Virus record (IMG/VR): IMGVR_UViG_3300017991_000058
DNA: 64,000 bases
Reading direction: 5' to 3' (one strand)
DNA from: an uncultured virus (IMG/VR IMGVR_UViG_3300017991_000058)
Taxonomy: Duplodnaviria > Heunggongvirae > Uroviricota > Caudoviricetes
The notes beneath the pieces are model-generated. The model was not told the origin of the DNA. It made no database searches and saw only the letters and a list, made by a program, of their open reading frames with translations. This document shows positions 47,752 through 56,399 of the stretch, piece after piece. Every line of letters starts with the position of its first letter. Within the stretch, counting starts at the first letter, position 1. The translations under genes and the position numbers were made by a program.

Positions 47752-48230
47752 AGCAGGTCTCTCGGGTCGACCCACCTGGGATCGACGAGATGGAGCCCGA
47801 TACGCCCGAGCATTCCGCTCAGCGCGTGGACGTCCCGCGACAGGGCCATCCCGACGGGCGTCCAGTCGTCGGAGCCGGGCCCGGCGACGTAGACGCGCGC
47901 GACCCGGATCTGGGCGTCGGCCCACAACAGCCGAACTCGGAGCTCCCCGCCGAGCCGCCCGACGGACGAGAGCTCGTCCGGGAGCCTGGAGAGGAAGTCC
48001 TCGGGGTCGGGGCGGAGAGTCTCCCCCCTGCACGGTCCGTCGTGGCCTGCGGGGAGGACGCAGGGCTCCCCGCCGCCGTCCGGAGTCGGAACCGACTCCC
48101 AGAACGGGACGAACCGGCCGCACAGACTCTGATCGACGAGGGGGCGGTGGTCGTGCCCGCACTCAGGGCACCGCTCGCCGTCGGGGATCTCGATGACGAG
48201 ACCGGTCCGCCAGCAGTAGCGGCGGCTCAC
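47748..48230 (-). CDS. RLG-motif family protein with N-terminal Cys/His domain
   Basis: CPECGH...C...H; DFLSRLPDELSSVGRLGG. Confidence 0.7.
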   Translation of the reverse strand: MSRRYCWRTGLVIEIPDGERCPECGHDHRPLVDQSLCGRFVPFWESVPTPDGGGEPCVLPAGHDGPCRGETLRPDPEDFLSRLPDELSSVGRLGGELRVRLLWADAQIRVARVYVAGPGSDDWTPVGMALSRDVHALSGMLGRIGLHLVDPRWVDPRDLL

Positions 48231-48496
48231 GACAGGACCCCCGCCGGGATGCTGGCTATGGGAAGGCGCAGGTCGGCCGCGGCGTAGGCCGCCTCGGACG
48301 TAGTGACGCCTCGAACGTCTGCCGCGGCGACGAGCCTAGGTCGCCTACCGCGAGAGGCGCGCTCGAACAGCTCCACCCTCCACACCCCGTACGGAGCGAC
48401 GTGGACGACAAGGAACAGGCCGCTCCCGCCGAGCCGGATCTCCGACTCGACGTCGGCGGGGGCGTCTAGGAGTCTCAGTATGTCGGCGCCCGTCAC
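48227..48496 (-). CDS. RLG-motif family protein
   Basis: LLDAPADVESEIRLGGSGL; LRLPIA. Confidence 0.72.
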   Translation of the reverse strand: MTGADILRLLDAPADVESEIRLGGSGLFLVVHVAPYGVWRVELFERASRGRRPRLVAAADVRGVTTSEAAYAAADLRLPIASIPAGVLS

Positions 48497-48521
48497 GGCC
48501 GCACCCTGTCTCTAAGATGAC

Positions 48522-48740
48522 TCACCAGTCGCCCCCGTCGTTGGGGATGCCGATGTCGGTCACGATGTACTTCTCGTCGACGCAGCCCCTAGAATTGAAC
48601 ACCCGCTCGCCGTTCTCGTTGCAGCGCATGACCTCCAGCGTGCCGCTCGCCGAGAACAGCCAGAGAGACTTCGGCCACCGCTTGGCGAGCCGTTTCAGCG
48701 TATTGATGGCCCGCTTCTCCTCGTCCGTCAGGTCGAACAC
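48522..48740 (-). CDS. Small hypothetical protein unrelated to the family
   Basis: LKRLAKRWPKSLWLF...IPNDGGDW; locally lower GC. Confidence 0.6.
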   Translation of the reverse strand: MFDLTDEEKRAINTLKRLAKRWPKSLWLFSASGTLEVMRCNENGERVFNSRGCVDEKYIVTDIGIPNDGGDW

Positions 48741-48765
48741 GTCAGTCCCCTTCCCGAGATGGACG

Positions 48766-49140
48766 TCATCGCGCCCGCCCCGAGACGACGAGAGGCACTC
48801 CTAGCGCGTTGGCGATCTCGTCGAGCTCTATCAGGAACCTGGCCCGCGCCCTGACCAGGTCGGTCCCGGATAGCCCGCTGTCGCGGGGCCCGAATACGTC
48901 GCGCGCCACGACGTCGTCGGGCGGCCCGCACGGCTCCGCGCCGCTGCGGTCGTCGAGCGAGACGCTGATCGAGCGACCGTCGACGGAGTCCATCAACCTC
49001 CTCCGAACCACATCGACCCGCCACGGGCGCCCGCGACGGACGACGAGCGCCAGCCCGCCGGACCCGCCGACGAGGCGCGCCTCGGCCAGGACGTCGGACG
49101 GGACGCGGAGCAGGCCCAGGACTCTGCTCTGAGCTCTCAC
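48766..49140 (-). CDS. RLG-motif family protein
   Basis: LLRVPSDVLAEARLVGG..GLAL; LGVPL. Confidence 0.7.
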   Translation of the reverse strand: MRAQSRVLGLLRVPSDVLAEARLVGGSGGLALVVRRGRPWRVDVVRRRLMDSVDGRSISVSLDDRSGAEPCGPPDDVVARDVFGPRDSGLSGTDLVRARARFLIELDEIANALGVPLVVSGRAR

Positions 49141-49460
49141 GGCCCAGTCCACGGCGGCTCGGCCTCGAGAACCGGCCACAGGTCGAACGGAGGGCAGTCG
49201 TCGGGCAGACCCACGACCCGCACGTTCTGGGGCGGGACGGCGACTATGGCGCCGCTGAGCTGTCGAGACTCCGACCCGAATCCCTCCACCGCGCGGATCT
49301 TGATCATCACCCGCGGCCCGGGCGAATCGACCACGACGCCGAGTAGCCGGACCGTCCCCGTGGTCCTGACGTCCGCTCCGGACGGCGGCCTGATCCTGGC
49401 CCCGAGCCGGACGGCGGCGGCGTGAGCGCGCGCGAGCTCTAGACGAGCGTCATCCGTCAT
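49137..49460 (-). CDS. RLG-motif family, PPFxxW subfamily
   Basis: AAAVRLGARIRPPSG...CPPFDLW. Confidence 0.65.
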   Translation of the reverse strand: MTDDARLELARAHAAAVRLGARIRPPSGADVRTTGTVRLLGVVVDSPGPRVMIKIRAVEGFGSESRQLSGAIVAVPPQNVRVVGLPDDCPPFDLWPVLEAEPPWTGP

Positions 49461-49471
49461 AGCTCCCCATA

Positions 49472-49774
49472 TTACTGCGCGTCGGCGAACCGGACGAGCG
49501 GGAGCCCCAGCGCGTCGGCGACCGGGGAGAGGCAGACCTCCGCGACGAGCTGGCCGCACTCCGGGATCGAGTACGTCGCCACGACCCCGGCCGGCCCGCG
49601 GAGCCACACGGACCTCTGCCCGACTGCGTAGGGCCCGATCATCAGCGATAGTCCGAACGTCTCGCCCCCGCCGAGGCGTATCAGGGAGGCAACGTGCGGC
49701 GGGGCGCCGGCGAGGATCTCCTCGGCAATGAGCCGCGGCTCGGCCCCCATGGCCAGCCGAGACGTCACGTCCAC
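49472..49774 (-). CDS. RLG-motif family protein
   Basis: ILAGAPPHVASLIRLGGG; LGLPL; ends AQ*. Confidence 0.72.
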   Translation of the reverse strand: MDVTSRLAMGAEPRLIAEEILAGAPPHVASLIRLGGGETFGLSLMIGPYAVGQRSVWLRGPAGVVATYSIPECGQLVAEVCLSPVADALGLPLVRFADAQ

Positions 49775-50106
49775 TCCGAGCGGCGACGGAGCTCAATCCC
49801 GAGAGAGCGAGAGACCGGCGGAAGCGCCGTGTAGACCGCGGAGCCGATCAGCATCCTGTAGGCGCCGGAGCTCGGATCGACGAGCTCGATGATCCGCCCT
49901 ATGACGCCGGCGGGGCGATACTCGCCCCTGCGGGCGACGGAGACGAACAGGGAGACGAGGTCATCTACCACGACCCTCCCGGAATAGACGACAGAGACCC
50001 TGCGCCATGATGAGTCACCGTCCACGACGACGGCGACGTCGGCCCCGAGCCGGACGGCGGACGCCGTCTCGGGGGGCAGAGCGCGGAGCAGGTCGTCGGG
50101 GGTCAA
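49765..50106 (-). CDS. RLG-motif family protein
   Basis: DDLLRALPPETASAVRLGA. Confidence 0.72.
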   Translation of the reverse strand: MTPDDLLRALPPETASAVRLGADVAVVVDGDSSWRRVSVVYSGRVVVDDLVSLFVSVARRGEYRPAGVIGRIIELVDPSSGAYRMLIGSAVYTALPPVSRSLGIELRRRSEWT

Positions 50107-50450
50107 AGCGGCTCGCCCCGTTCGTCGCGCCAGAAGGCGTCGCGCTCCTTCTTGAAATCGAACCCGAGGTCCCACTGGTCCTCCGTGCTGAGTCCGCTCT
50201 GGCGGATCGCCGCGAGGATGCACATGGGGCACCCCTCCGCGACCGACCGGAGCGCGTCGAGTCCGTCTAGCCGGAGGACGGCCACGAGGGCCGCCACAGA
50301 GTGCTCGGGAATCCCGAAGTACCTGCACATCCCGCACTCGCGGTTCGGGTTGTTCGTGCAGCGGCGCTCGTGCCTGGCCATGTGGGACGCGCTGCAGCCG
50401 GTCTTCCTGCAGTAGTCGCATCCGTAGCGCCACGTTCGCCACCGTCTCAC
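50103..50450 (-). CDS. Zinc-finger protein
   Basis: CDYC...H...C; CGMC; CPMC. Confidence 0.65.
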   Translation of the reverse strand: MRRWRTWRYGCDYCRKTGCSASHMARHERRCTNNPNRECGMCRYFGIPEHSVAALVAVLRLDGLDALRSVAEGCPMCILAAIRQSGLSTEDQWDLGFDFKKERDAFWRDERGEPL

Positions 50451-50806
50451 CGCCGACTCCCCCAGCCACGATACGGCTGGAGCGCGAATGTCGGCCCCGT
50501 CCCGGACCAGCCGCCCCCGGGGTGCAGCTGAACCCACGATCTGCCGCCGTCCGTGACGTGGATCAGACCGATGTGGAGCTCTCTGCACGCGTCGATCGTC
50601 CCGTCTAGAGACCGGCTCGGCGGGCGGTCGAACTCGAGTCGCGCGACAGAATCGTACCAGCCGGTGACCGCATCGACGCTCACGAGGCTGAATGAGTCGA
50701 GCCACTCCCTGCGCGCGTCGCAGAGGAGAGACAGTCCGGGCTCTTGCAGGAGGACGCGCGACGCGACGTCGTCCGGCAGGGCACCGATCAGCTCGTCGGC
50801 GGTCAT
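50447..50806 (-). CDS. RLG-motif family protein (variant)
   Basis: DELIGALPDDVASRVLLQEPGL. Confidence 0.65.
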   Translation of the reverse strand: MTADELIGALPDDVASRVLLQEPGLSLLCDARREWLDSFSLVSVDAVTGWYDSVARLEFDRPPSRSLDGTIDACRELHIGLIHVTDGGRSWVQLHPGGGWSGTGPTFALQPYRGWGSRR

Positions 50807-50808
50807 GG

Positions 50809-51468
50809 CTATCCGCCCCCTCTGGGAAACCTGGAGCACACGCCGACGTACCCGTCAAGCTGAGCGTACGGGTCTCCGAGGACGGCGACGGCCCCGAGTC
50901 TAAGCCAAAGCCACGCGCTTGAGTCCACGACCACAGAGACGCCTGCAGACGACGCCCCCTCGCCCAGCGCCCACGCCGTCGACGGGCGGAAGACCCTGCC
51001 GACCCTGCCGAGCCGGAACGGCCGGTCGACGTGCCAACGGAATCCGATCCGGCTGTCGTAATTGGCGAACGGTTCGCTGCCCGAGACGACGTAGCGACCG
51101 ACCCACAGATCGGCGACGAGGAGGACCCCTGGCTTCGGGAACGTTGTGATCTCGAGGTCGCCCATAAAGTCGCCGACGGTCCACCCCCCGCGCGACCTAT
51201 ACTCGAGACACCTGAAGACGTCCTCTGTCCATCTCCCCCTGACGGCGCGCCGAGTCGGGACGAATCCTGACCGCCTCCGCGCCATCTCCCTGAGCGTCAG
51301 CACGAGCGGCGGCATCCCCCCGAGACGATGGAGCGCCTCGACGTCGGCCGGCAGCGCCCGAAGGACGGCGGCGTCCCCCGACAGACCGTCCGCGACGTCG
51401 ACGTCCAGCGCCGACGGCCCCCTCAGTCTCGCGCCGGACTCGTCCGGGCCTCTCGACGTCGTCCTCAC
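50809..51468 (-). CDS. RLG-motif family protein (longer)
   Basis: VLRALPADVEALHRLGG; GTG 6 nt after GCGCAGTAAC. Confidence 0.65.
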   Translation of the reverse strand: MRTTSRGPDESGARLRGPSALDVDVADGLSGDAAVLRALPADVEALHRLGGMPPLVLTLREMARRRSGFVPTRRAVRGRWTEDVFRCLEYRSRGGWTVGDFMGDLEITTFPKPGVLLVADLWVGRYVVSGSEPFANYDSRIGFRWHVDRPFRLGRVGRVFRPSTAWALGEGASSAGVSVVVDSSAWLWLRLGAVAVLGDPYAQLDGYVGVCSRFPRGGG

Positions 51469-51472
51469 GCTC

Positions 51473-51506
51473 CCGTTACTGCGCGGAGCCTGGCGAGCAG
51501 TAACGG
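51473..51506. promoter_or_regulatory. Back-to-back pair of G(A/C)GCAGTAAC motifs at a divergent junction
   Basis: CCGTTACTGC(51473-51482)/GCAGTAACGG(51497-51506); start codons 6 nt past each motif (GTG 51468 on -, ATG 51511 on +). Confidence 0.75.
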
Positions 51507-51510
51507 AGAC

Positions 51511-51777
51511 ATGGCACACGCACGAGCGAAGAGGAGCGCATCGAAGTGGGGCCCGTTCCGGCTCAAGCGGAAGTGGAACGGCCGACGCGTCAGGACGCTC
51601 GAGCGGCTCGAGACCCGCGGCGGCGACGCGTATCCGAAGGGAGCCATCGCCACCGTGGACGCGTCGTCGGCCGGAACGTTCAGCCTGTGGTTCGGGCCCT
51701 GCTCCCGCTGCGGCCACGAGGGCTCGGTGCGCGTCGACGCCGCGAGCTGGCGGCGGACGTTCGAGCTGGCCGAGTAG
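51511..51777 (+). CDS. Small hypothetical protein
   Basis: ATG 51511; CSRC. Confidence 0.6.
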   Translation: MAHARAKRSASKWGPFRLKRKWNGRRVRTLERLETRGGDAYPKGAIATVDASSAGTFSLWFGPCSRCGHEGSVRVDAASWRRTFELAE

Positions 51778-52088
51778 TGACGACCGTTGGCCAGCTCCTT
51801 CAGATCGCCGGAAGGATCTACACCGCCGACGACCACGACAGGAGACACGTCGCGGCCGAGGCGCTCTATCCGAGCGCCAGAGCGGCCGCGGCCCTCGGAG
51901 CCGAGGGGGCACCGAGGATGTTCATCCGGCGGCGGAGAGACGGAGACACGGACATCCTCGTCGCCGGCCCCGGAGACAGACCGAGGCTGGTCGCATCGCA
52001 GTTCGTCCCGGACCGGAACCGCCACAGGATCGTAAACGCCTTCGAGAACGCCGGGTGGACCGTAGTAGACTACTGTGGAGACCGATGA
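51777..52088 (+). CDS. Hypothetical protein
   Basis: GTG 51777, coupled. Confidence 0.55.
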   Translation: MTTVGQLLQIAGRIYTADDHDRRHVAAEALYPSARAAAALGAEGAPRMFIRRRRDGDTDILVAGPGDRPRLVASQFVPDRNRHRIVNAFENAGWTVVDYCGDR

Positions 52089-52465
52089 GACTGAAGATCA
52101 ACGTCGGACCGCTGATCGACGAGCTCCCGCCCGAGACGGGAGCCTCGCTGAGGCTCGGCGGCGGGCGCGCGAGCGGGCTGGCGTTCGTCGCCAGGTTCGA
52201 CAGCATGTCGGCGGTCGCCCTGAGCGTCGTCCGCATGCCGATCTCCAGGACGGACCTCGGCGCCGGGCACCTCTGCAGCCCTAGAGTTGCGGCCGAGTCG
52301 GCTCAGAAGCTGGGGTCCGAGAAGTTCTCGTGGACGGGCGTGAGCTACTGGCAGGCAAGGTGGGACCTCCTGGAGATGGCGCAGGCGTACGGGCTCCCGA
52401 TCGTCGAGGTCCCCCCGAACGGCGCCGGAGTGCGCGGAAGGCCGAGGTGGATCGATCATGGCTAA
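52085..52465 (+). CDS. RLG-motif family protein
   Basis: LIDELPPETGASLRLGGG..GLAFVARFD; YGLPIVEVP. Confidence 0.75.
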   Translation: MRLKINVGPLIDELPPETGASLRLGGGRASGLAFVARFDSMSAVALSVVRMPISRTDLGAGHLCSPRVAAESAQKLGSEKFSWTGVSYWQARWDLLEMAQAYGLPIVEVPPNGAGVRGRPRWIDHG

Positions 52466-53393
52466 CGAGACGGCGGCGCGACTGATCGAGACGGATCTTC
52501 CGGCCAGAGACCGAGAGGTCGTGGCGACGCTCGTGAACTCCATCATCAGGTACGTCCCGCGCGAAGCGTGGCCGACGTGCGTCGCGGACTTCCACGACCG
52601 CGTCGTCGCGGACATGCTGGACCGAACCCTGCGCCCCGCACCGTCAAACGAGGCACCGGCTCCGGCATCAGACGGAACGGCACCGCCGTCGGAGACGGCG
52701 CCAGAAGAAGCGCCTACACCGCCAGAGGAACAGCCACGGACGTCAGAGAAACTACCGACTCCGTCAGACGAGACGGTCAAGAAGGAGATCGGCGTGTACA
52801 AGCCAGTGGCCTGGGACGATCAGCCTCTAGGAGAGGTGCCGGACACGGAGCTGGCCAAGCGGCTCGGCGTGTCCAACGTCGCCGTCGGAAGGGCGAGACG
52901 GCGCCGAGGGATACCGTCGTTCAGCACGAGTGCGTTCAACGAGGCCGGGGCCGACCGAAGGGGCGGACGGGTAGGGATAGACTGGGACGCACAGCCGCTG
53001 GGCGAGATGAAGGACGCAGAGCTGGCACGCCGTCTCGGAGTCCACAGGAGCTCCGTCAACAGCGCGCGGAGAGCCAGAGGCATCCCGGCGGCCAGGGCGG
53101 AGAGGGCGCGCCCCGAGGCGAAGAGAAGGCCGCCGCCGAAAGTGAAGCGGACGAAGGCGCGGCCGGCAGAGAGCCGCCAACCGCGGACGGATGACGGCGC
53201 CCCGCCGCACGTCCACCGCTGCCCGGAGTGCGGCTCCGACACCCCGTGCGACAGCCCGGACTGCGAGCCGAAGCTCGAGACCCGCGACGGGACCCCGATG
53301 TCCTACAAGACATGCGAGGAGTGCGTCGCCAAGCTGAGCGCCTCCACGACCAAGGTTCCGATCAAGGTCGGGGCGTTCGGCGGCGGCCTGTGA
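52458..53393 (+). CDS. DNA-binding protein with two tandem HTH repeats and a C-terminal zinc finger
   Basis: WD.QPLGE..D.ELA.RLGV....V..ARR.RGIP twice; CPEC..C..C..CEEC. Confidence 0.75.
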   Translation: MANETAARLIETDLPARDREVVATLVNSIIRYVPREAWPTCVADFHDRVVADMLDRTLRPAPSNEAPAPASDGTAPPSETAPEEAPTPPEEQPRTSEKLPTPSDETVKKEIGVYKPVAWDDQPLGEVPDTELAKRLGVSNVAVGRARRRRGIPSFSTSAFNEAGADRRGGRVGIDWDAQPLGEMKDAELARRLGVHRSSVNSARRARGIPAARAERARPEAKRRPPPKVKRTKARPAESRQPRTDDGAPPHVHRCPECGSDTPCDSPDCEPKLETRDGTPMSYKTCEECVAKLSASTTKVPIKVGAFGGGL

Positions 53394-53725
53394 GAGACCT
53401 GGCCGAGACGGGCGGCAGCATCGGTCTCCCGGACGGGGCGCGCATGATGGTCCGCGCCCCAAGAGACGCTGCCGTCGAGACGGCGCAGCGTCTCGTCGAC
53501 ATGCTGCCGCCCGGAACGTTTCACCGGGACGTCGAGTCCGCCATCCGACTCGGAGGGATCGACGGTTGGACGGACCTGGCGAGCGGGAGTCTGACGATCG
53601 TTGCGGCGGACGGGTCTACGATCGCCGAGGTCTTCGGCTCGCTGGGAGACTGCCTAAACGTCGAGATCGTGGGTTCTGCGCTTCGTGACGGCGCCGCTCT
53701 CGTACGCCGACCCGAAGGCGCGTAG
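53390..53725 (+). CDS. RLG-motif family protein
   Basis: LVDMLPPG...DVESAIRLGG. Confidence 0.68.
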   Translation: MRDLAETGGSIGLPDGARMMVRAPRDAAVETAQRLVDMLPPGTFHRDVESAIRLGGIDGWTDLASGSLTIVAADGSTIAEVFGSLGDCLNVEIVGSALRDGAALVRRPEGA

Positions 53726-54142
53726 GTTCGGGTACAGAGCGGCCGTCGACGTGATCGGTGACTCGCACTGGTGGAGGACGGAGTCGCCGCGCGAGTCTAG
53801 CCAGCTCGGCGCCGCCCACAGCCCGATCGTCCGGAAGGCGTCGACGACGCACCTGACAAGATGGAGCACCGACTGAAACTGCTCCCCGACGGCGAACACC
53901 GGGACGTCGGGCCCCTCCACGGCGACGTCGGCGACGACGTGCCTCCCGAGCCCCGGGACCTCTACGACGAGCCCGAGACGCCTGAAGACGGTCTCCCCAG
54001 AACCGCGGCGCCAGACGACGCGGATGCAGCCCCCCTCGGCGACCCCGGCTCCAAGCCGAAGGGCTGCCGACATCTCCGCCGGGAGGGCCCCGAGGACGAG
54101 CTCGAGCGTGCGGCGATCCCCCGCGGTCGGCTGTCTCACCAT
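53654..54142 (-). CDS. RLG-motif family protein
   Basis: VLGALPAEMSAALRLGA. Confidence 0.7.
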   Translation of the reverse strand: MVRQPTAGDRRTLELVLGALPAEMSAALRLGAGVAEGGCIRVVWRRGSGETVFRRLGLVVEVPGLGRHVVADVAVEGPDVPVFAVGEQFQSVLHLVRCVVDAFRTIGLWAAPSWLDSRGDSVLHQCESPITSTAALYPNLRAFGSAYESGAVTKRRTHDLDV

Positions 54143-54450
54143 CTCTCCATGTGGTCGATGCCCCACCCGAACCCGATGGCCATCCATCGAAGGTTCTTCG
54201 CGGCGGCCAAGCTGGTGAACGTTCCGATCTCGTGGATGACGCCGTCGACGAGGACGCTGGCACGACTGCGCCCGCCGTCGTCGACGGTCCTGATGACAAG
54301 CGCGGCGTAGGCGCCAAGTCTCAGCCGGGACGCGACGTCCGGCGGGAGAGCGGACATCACAACGAGCTCGACGTCGAGCTCGTCGGCGCACTCGTTCGGC
54401 GCCACGGACAGACTGATGCGATCCAGGGTCTCTCCGACGTCGCCGCTCAC
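54136..54450 (-). CDS. RLG-motif family protein
   Basis: VMSALPPDVASRLRLGA. Confidence 0.7.
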   Translation of the reverse strand: MSGDVGETLDRISLSVAPNECADELDVELVVMSALPPDVASRLRLGAYAALVIRTVDDGGRSRASVLVDGVIHEIGTFTSLAAAKNLRWMAIGFGWGIDHMERW

Positions 54451-54677
54451 AGCCCCTCGAGCTCGTCTGCGCACTGGCGGACGAACCCGGCGACTCCGTC
54501 TACGTCCCAGGTCGCCGTCTTGGAGACGTCCAGGGCGACGAGCGAGTCGGCCCGCTCCCGCCACCTAGCGACGAGCGCCGTCCTTCCGTCCTGGATTCGG
54601 CGGGTTACCGCCTTCGCGCTCTCCTCGAGCTCTCTGGCCCGATCGAGCTCGCGGCGAAGCACGCTCTCCGTGTCCAT
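54447..54677 (-). CDS. Small helical hypothetical protein
   Basis: Coupled in operon. Confidence 0.5.
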   Translation of the reverse strand: MDTESVLRRELDRARELEESAKAVTRRIQDGRTALVARWRERADSLVALDVSKTATWDVDGVAGFVRQCADELEGL

Positions 54678-54986
54678 CTACGACCCCCACCAAGTGTGGC
54701 AAGACAGCAGCCTGATCCCGAGTTTGACGGCCACCATAGCGGCGTCCGCCAGGGACTCGAACTCGATGCCGGCCGCAACGGTCGGGGGAGTTCCTATCCC
54801 CCTGCGACGCGGGTCGGCCCGCACGATTCGATACAGGTAGCAGTCGCCGCCGATAAGAGAGACAGACTCGTCCCGTTCGTACCACAGGGCCAGCTCGCCG
54901 GACCCGCCGACGAGCCTGATCTCCGCGGCGATCTCGCCGGGGAGCTGATGCAGCAGCGATTCGACGGTCGCGTCGATTGCCATCAT
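54678..54986 (-). CDS. RLG-motif family protein
   Basis: SLLHQLPGEIAAEIRLVGG. Confidence 0.72.
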   Translation of the reverse strand: MMAIDATVESLLHQLPGEIAAEIRLVGGSGELALWYERDESVSLIGGDCYLYRIVRADPRRRGIGTPPTVAAGIEFESLADAAMVAVKLGIRLLSCHTWWGS

Positions 54987-55041
54987 CCCAGAATCCCGCA
55001 CGCCGACGCGGACAGAACAAGTGCGATGAGCTCCCCGCTCG

Positions 55042-55497
55042 TCAATCCGACTTCCCGAGAATGGAGCACATCGCCTCTCCCTGCGGCTCGTGGTCGAATC
55101 CACGCGGGAGCCCGCGCTCGTCGTCAAGAGCCTCGCCGACCCCCCGCATTAGCTTGCTGATCGCGCCGAGAACGACGTTCCCATGCGTCTGGGCGTGCCT
55201 GAGCGCCGCCCTGAACCTGTGGCGGTCGGCGAGAGCGACGTCGAGCGCGGCGCGAGTGCTGACCGAATCCGGGCCCGACGCGGGCGCGGAGTCCAGGACG
55301 TCGGCGACGTCGGCCGGAGGCTCGAGCCAGTCGATCTCCGGCTCCGACATCCACCTGCGCACGGCGGCGAGAATCGTCTCGGCGTCGCCGTACTCGTCGA
55401 CGTCGTCGCACGCCGTGGCCAGGGCGATCCTCTGGAGCCTTCGGACGGTCGTCTCGAGATCTCGAGCCAGCCTGTCGATCTTCTCGGAGTCCGTCAC
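55042..55497 (-). CDS. Hypothetical helical protein
   Basis: GTG 55497, coupled. Confidence 0.5.
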   Translation of the reverse strand: MTDSEKIDRLARDLETTVRRLQRIALATACDDVDEYGDAETILAAVRRWMSEPEIDWLEPPADVADVLDSAPASGPDSVSTRAALDVALADRHRFRAALRHAQTHGNVVLGAISKLMRGVGEALDDERGLPRGFDHEPQGEAMCSILGKSD

Positions 55498-56087
55498 GGC
55501 CGGTCTCCGATCGCATCGCGCAGGCGCTCGCGGTCGGCGAGCGTGATGTTGCACTTCCAGTCGGGAGGCTCGGCCATGCAGGACCCGATCCCGGACGGGT
55601 CGGCGGCCAGACCGAGGACGACGCCGAGCCCGCGCATGGAGTAGTCCCTGACGTGGGCCAGCCCGGTCAGTCTCTCGTCCATCGGTAGGTCGACGTCTAC
55701 TGCGACTCGGCCGGATGCGATCCTCCCGTCCGGGTCCCAGTGCGCGACGGCGTCGTCGCCCCCGTGGGAGGCCTCCAGCAGGACGAACCCGTCGCGGTCG
55801 AGGGGATCGGCGGCGTCCAGCTCGGCCCACAGCTCTGCGTCCTCGACGAGGACGAACGTCTCGAACGCCGCGGCCGGGCCCGGGGGGTAGAGCTGCTCGT
55901 TGACGTCGTCGACGCCGGCGGCGGGGTTGATTCCGACGAAGTCCCCCGGCCTTACGACGAGCTCGTAGGGCGGGTCGGGGGTCAGGACGACTCCGTCGAC
56001 CTCTGCGAACGCGGCGTCGGCCGGGACTGACGCGGGGCCGCAGGCTGCGACCGCCATCAGGACTGCTGCCAAGAGTCGAACGTTCAC
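55494..56087 (-). CDS. Predicted lipoprotein with a degenerate matrixin-like C-terminus
   Basis: Signal peptide with lipobox-like MAVAAC; MRGLGVVLGLA..SCM..ITLADRERLR resembles the 11460-12131 active-site region without HExxH. Confidence 0.6.
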   Translation of the reverse strand: MNVRLLAAVLMAVAACGPASVPADAAFAEVDGVVLTPDPPYELVVRPGDFVGINPAAGVDDVNEQLYPPGPAAAFETFVLVEDAELWAELDAADPLDRDGFVLLEASHGGDDAVAHWDPDGRIASGRVAVDVDLPMDERLTGLAHVRDYSMRGLGVVLGLAADPSGIGSCMAEPPDWKCNITLADRERLRDAIGDRP

Positions 56088-56108
56088 GGCGGACCTCCTT
56101 CGTCCACG

Positions 56109-56399
56109 TTACTGCGCATCCGGCGGGAACCGTAGCCAGAGCTCGAACGGAGGGGAGCCCGGCGGGACGCTGACGACGGTCGGCGGCACGTCTCCCGGAA
56201 CGTCGTAGCTCGTGGATGATATTCCGGGGTAAGTCTCCCTGAACACGTCGACCGCGATCGATCTCCGCTCTACGAATGCAGTGGAGACGGTCCACAGCTC
56301 CGGCTCCCGGCCGAACATGACGACGGACCCCTCCGGAGGGACGGCCGGGTCGCCCAGTCGCAGGGCGGCGTTCACCCGTCGGAGATCGTCGGGGGTCAC
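56109..56399 (-). CDS. RLG-motif family, PPFxxW subfamily
   Basis: NAALRLGDPAVPPEG...SPPFELW; ends AQ*. Confidence 0.65.
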   Translation of the reverse strand: MTPDDLRRVNAALRLGDPAVPPEGSVVMFGREPELWTVSTAFVERRSIAVDVFRETYPGISSTSYDVPGDVPPTVVSVPPGSPPFELWLRFPPDAQ

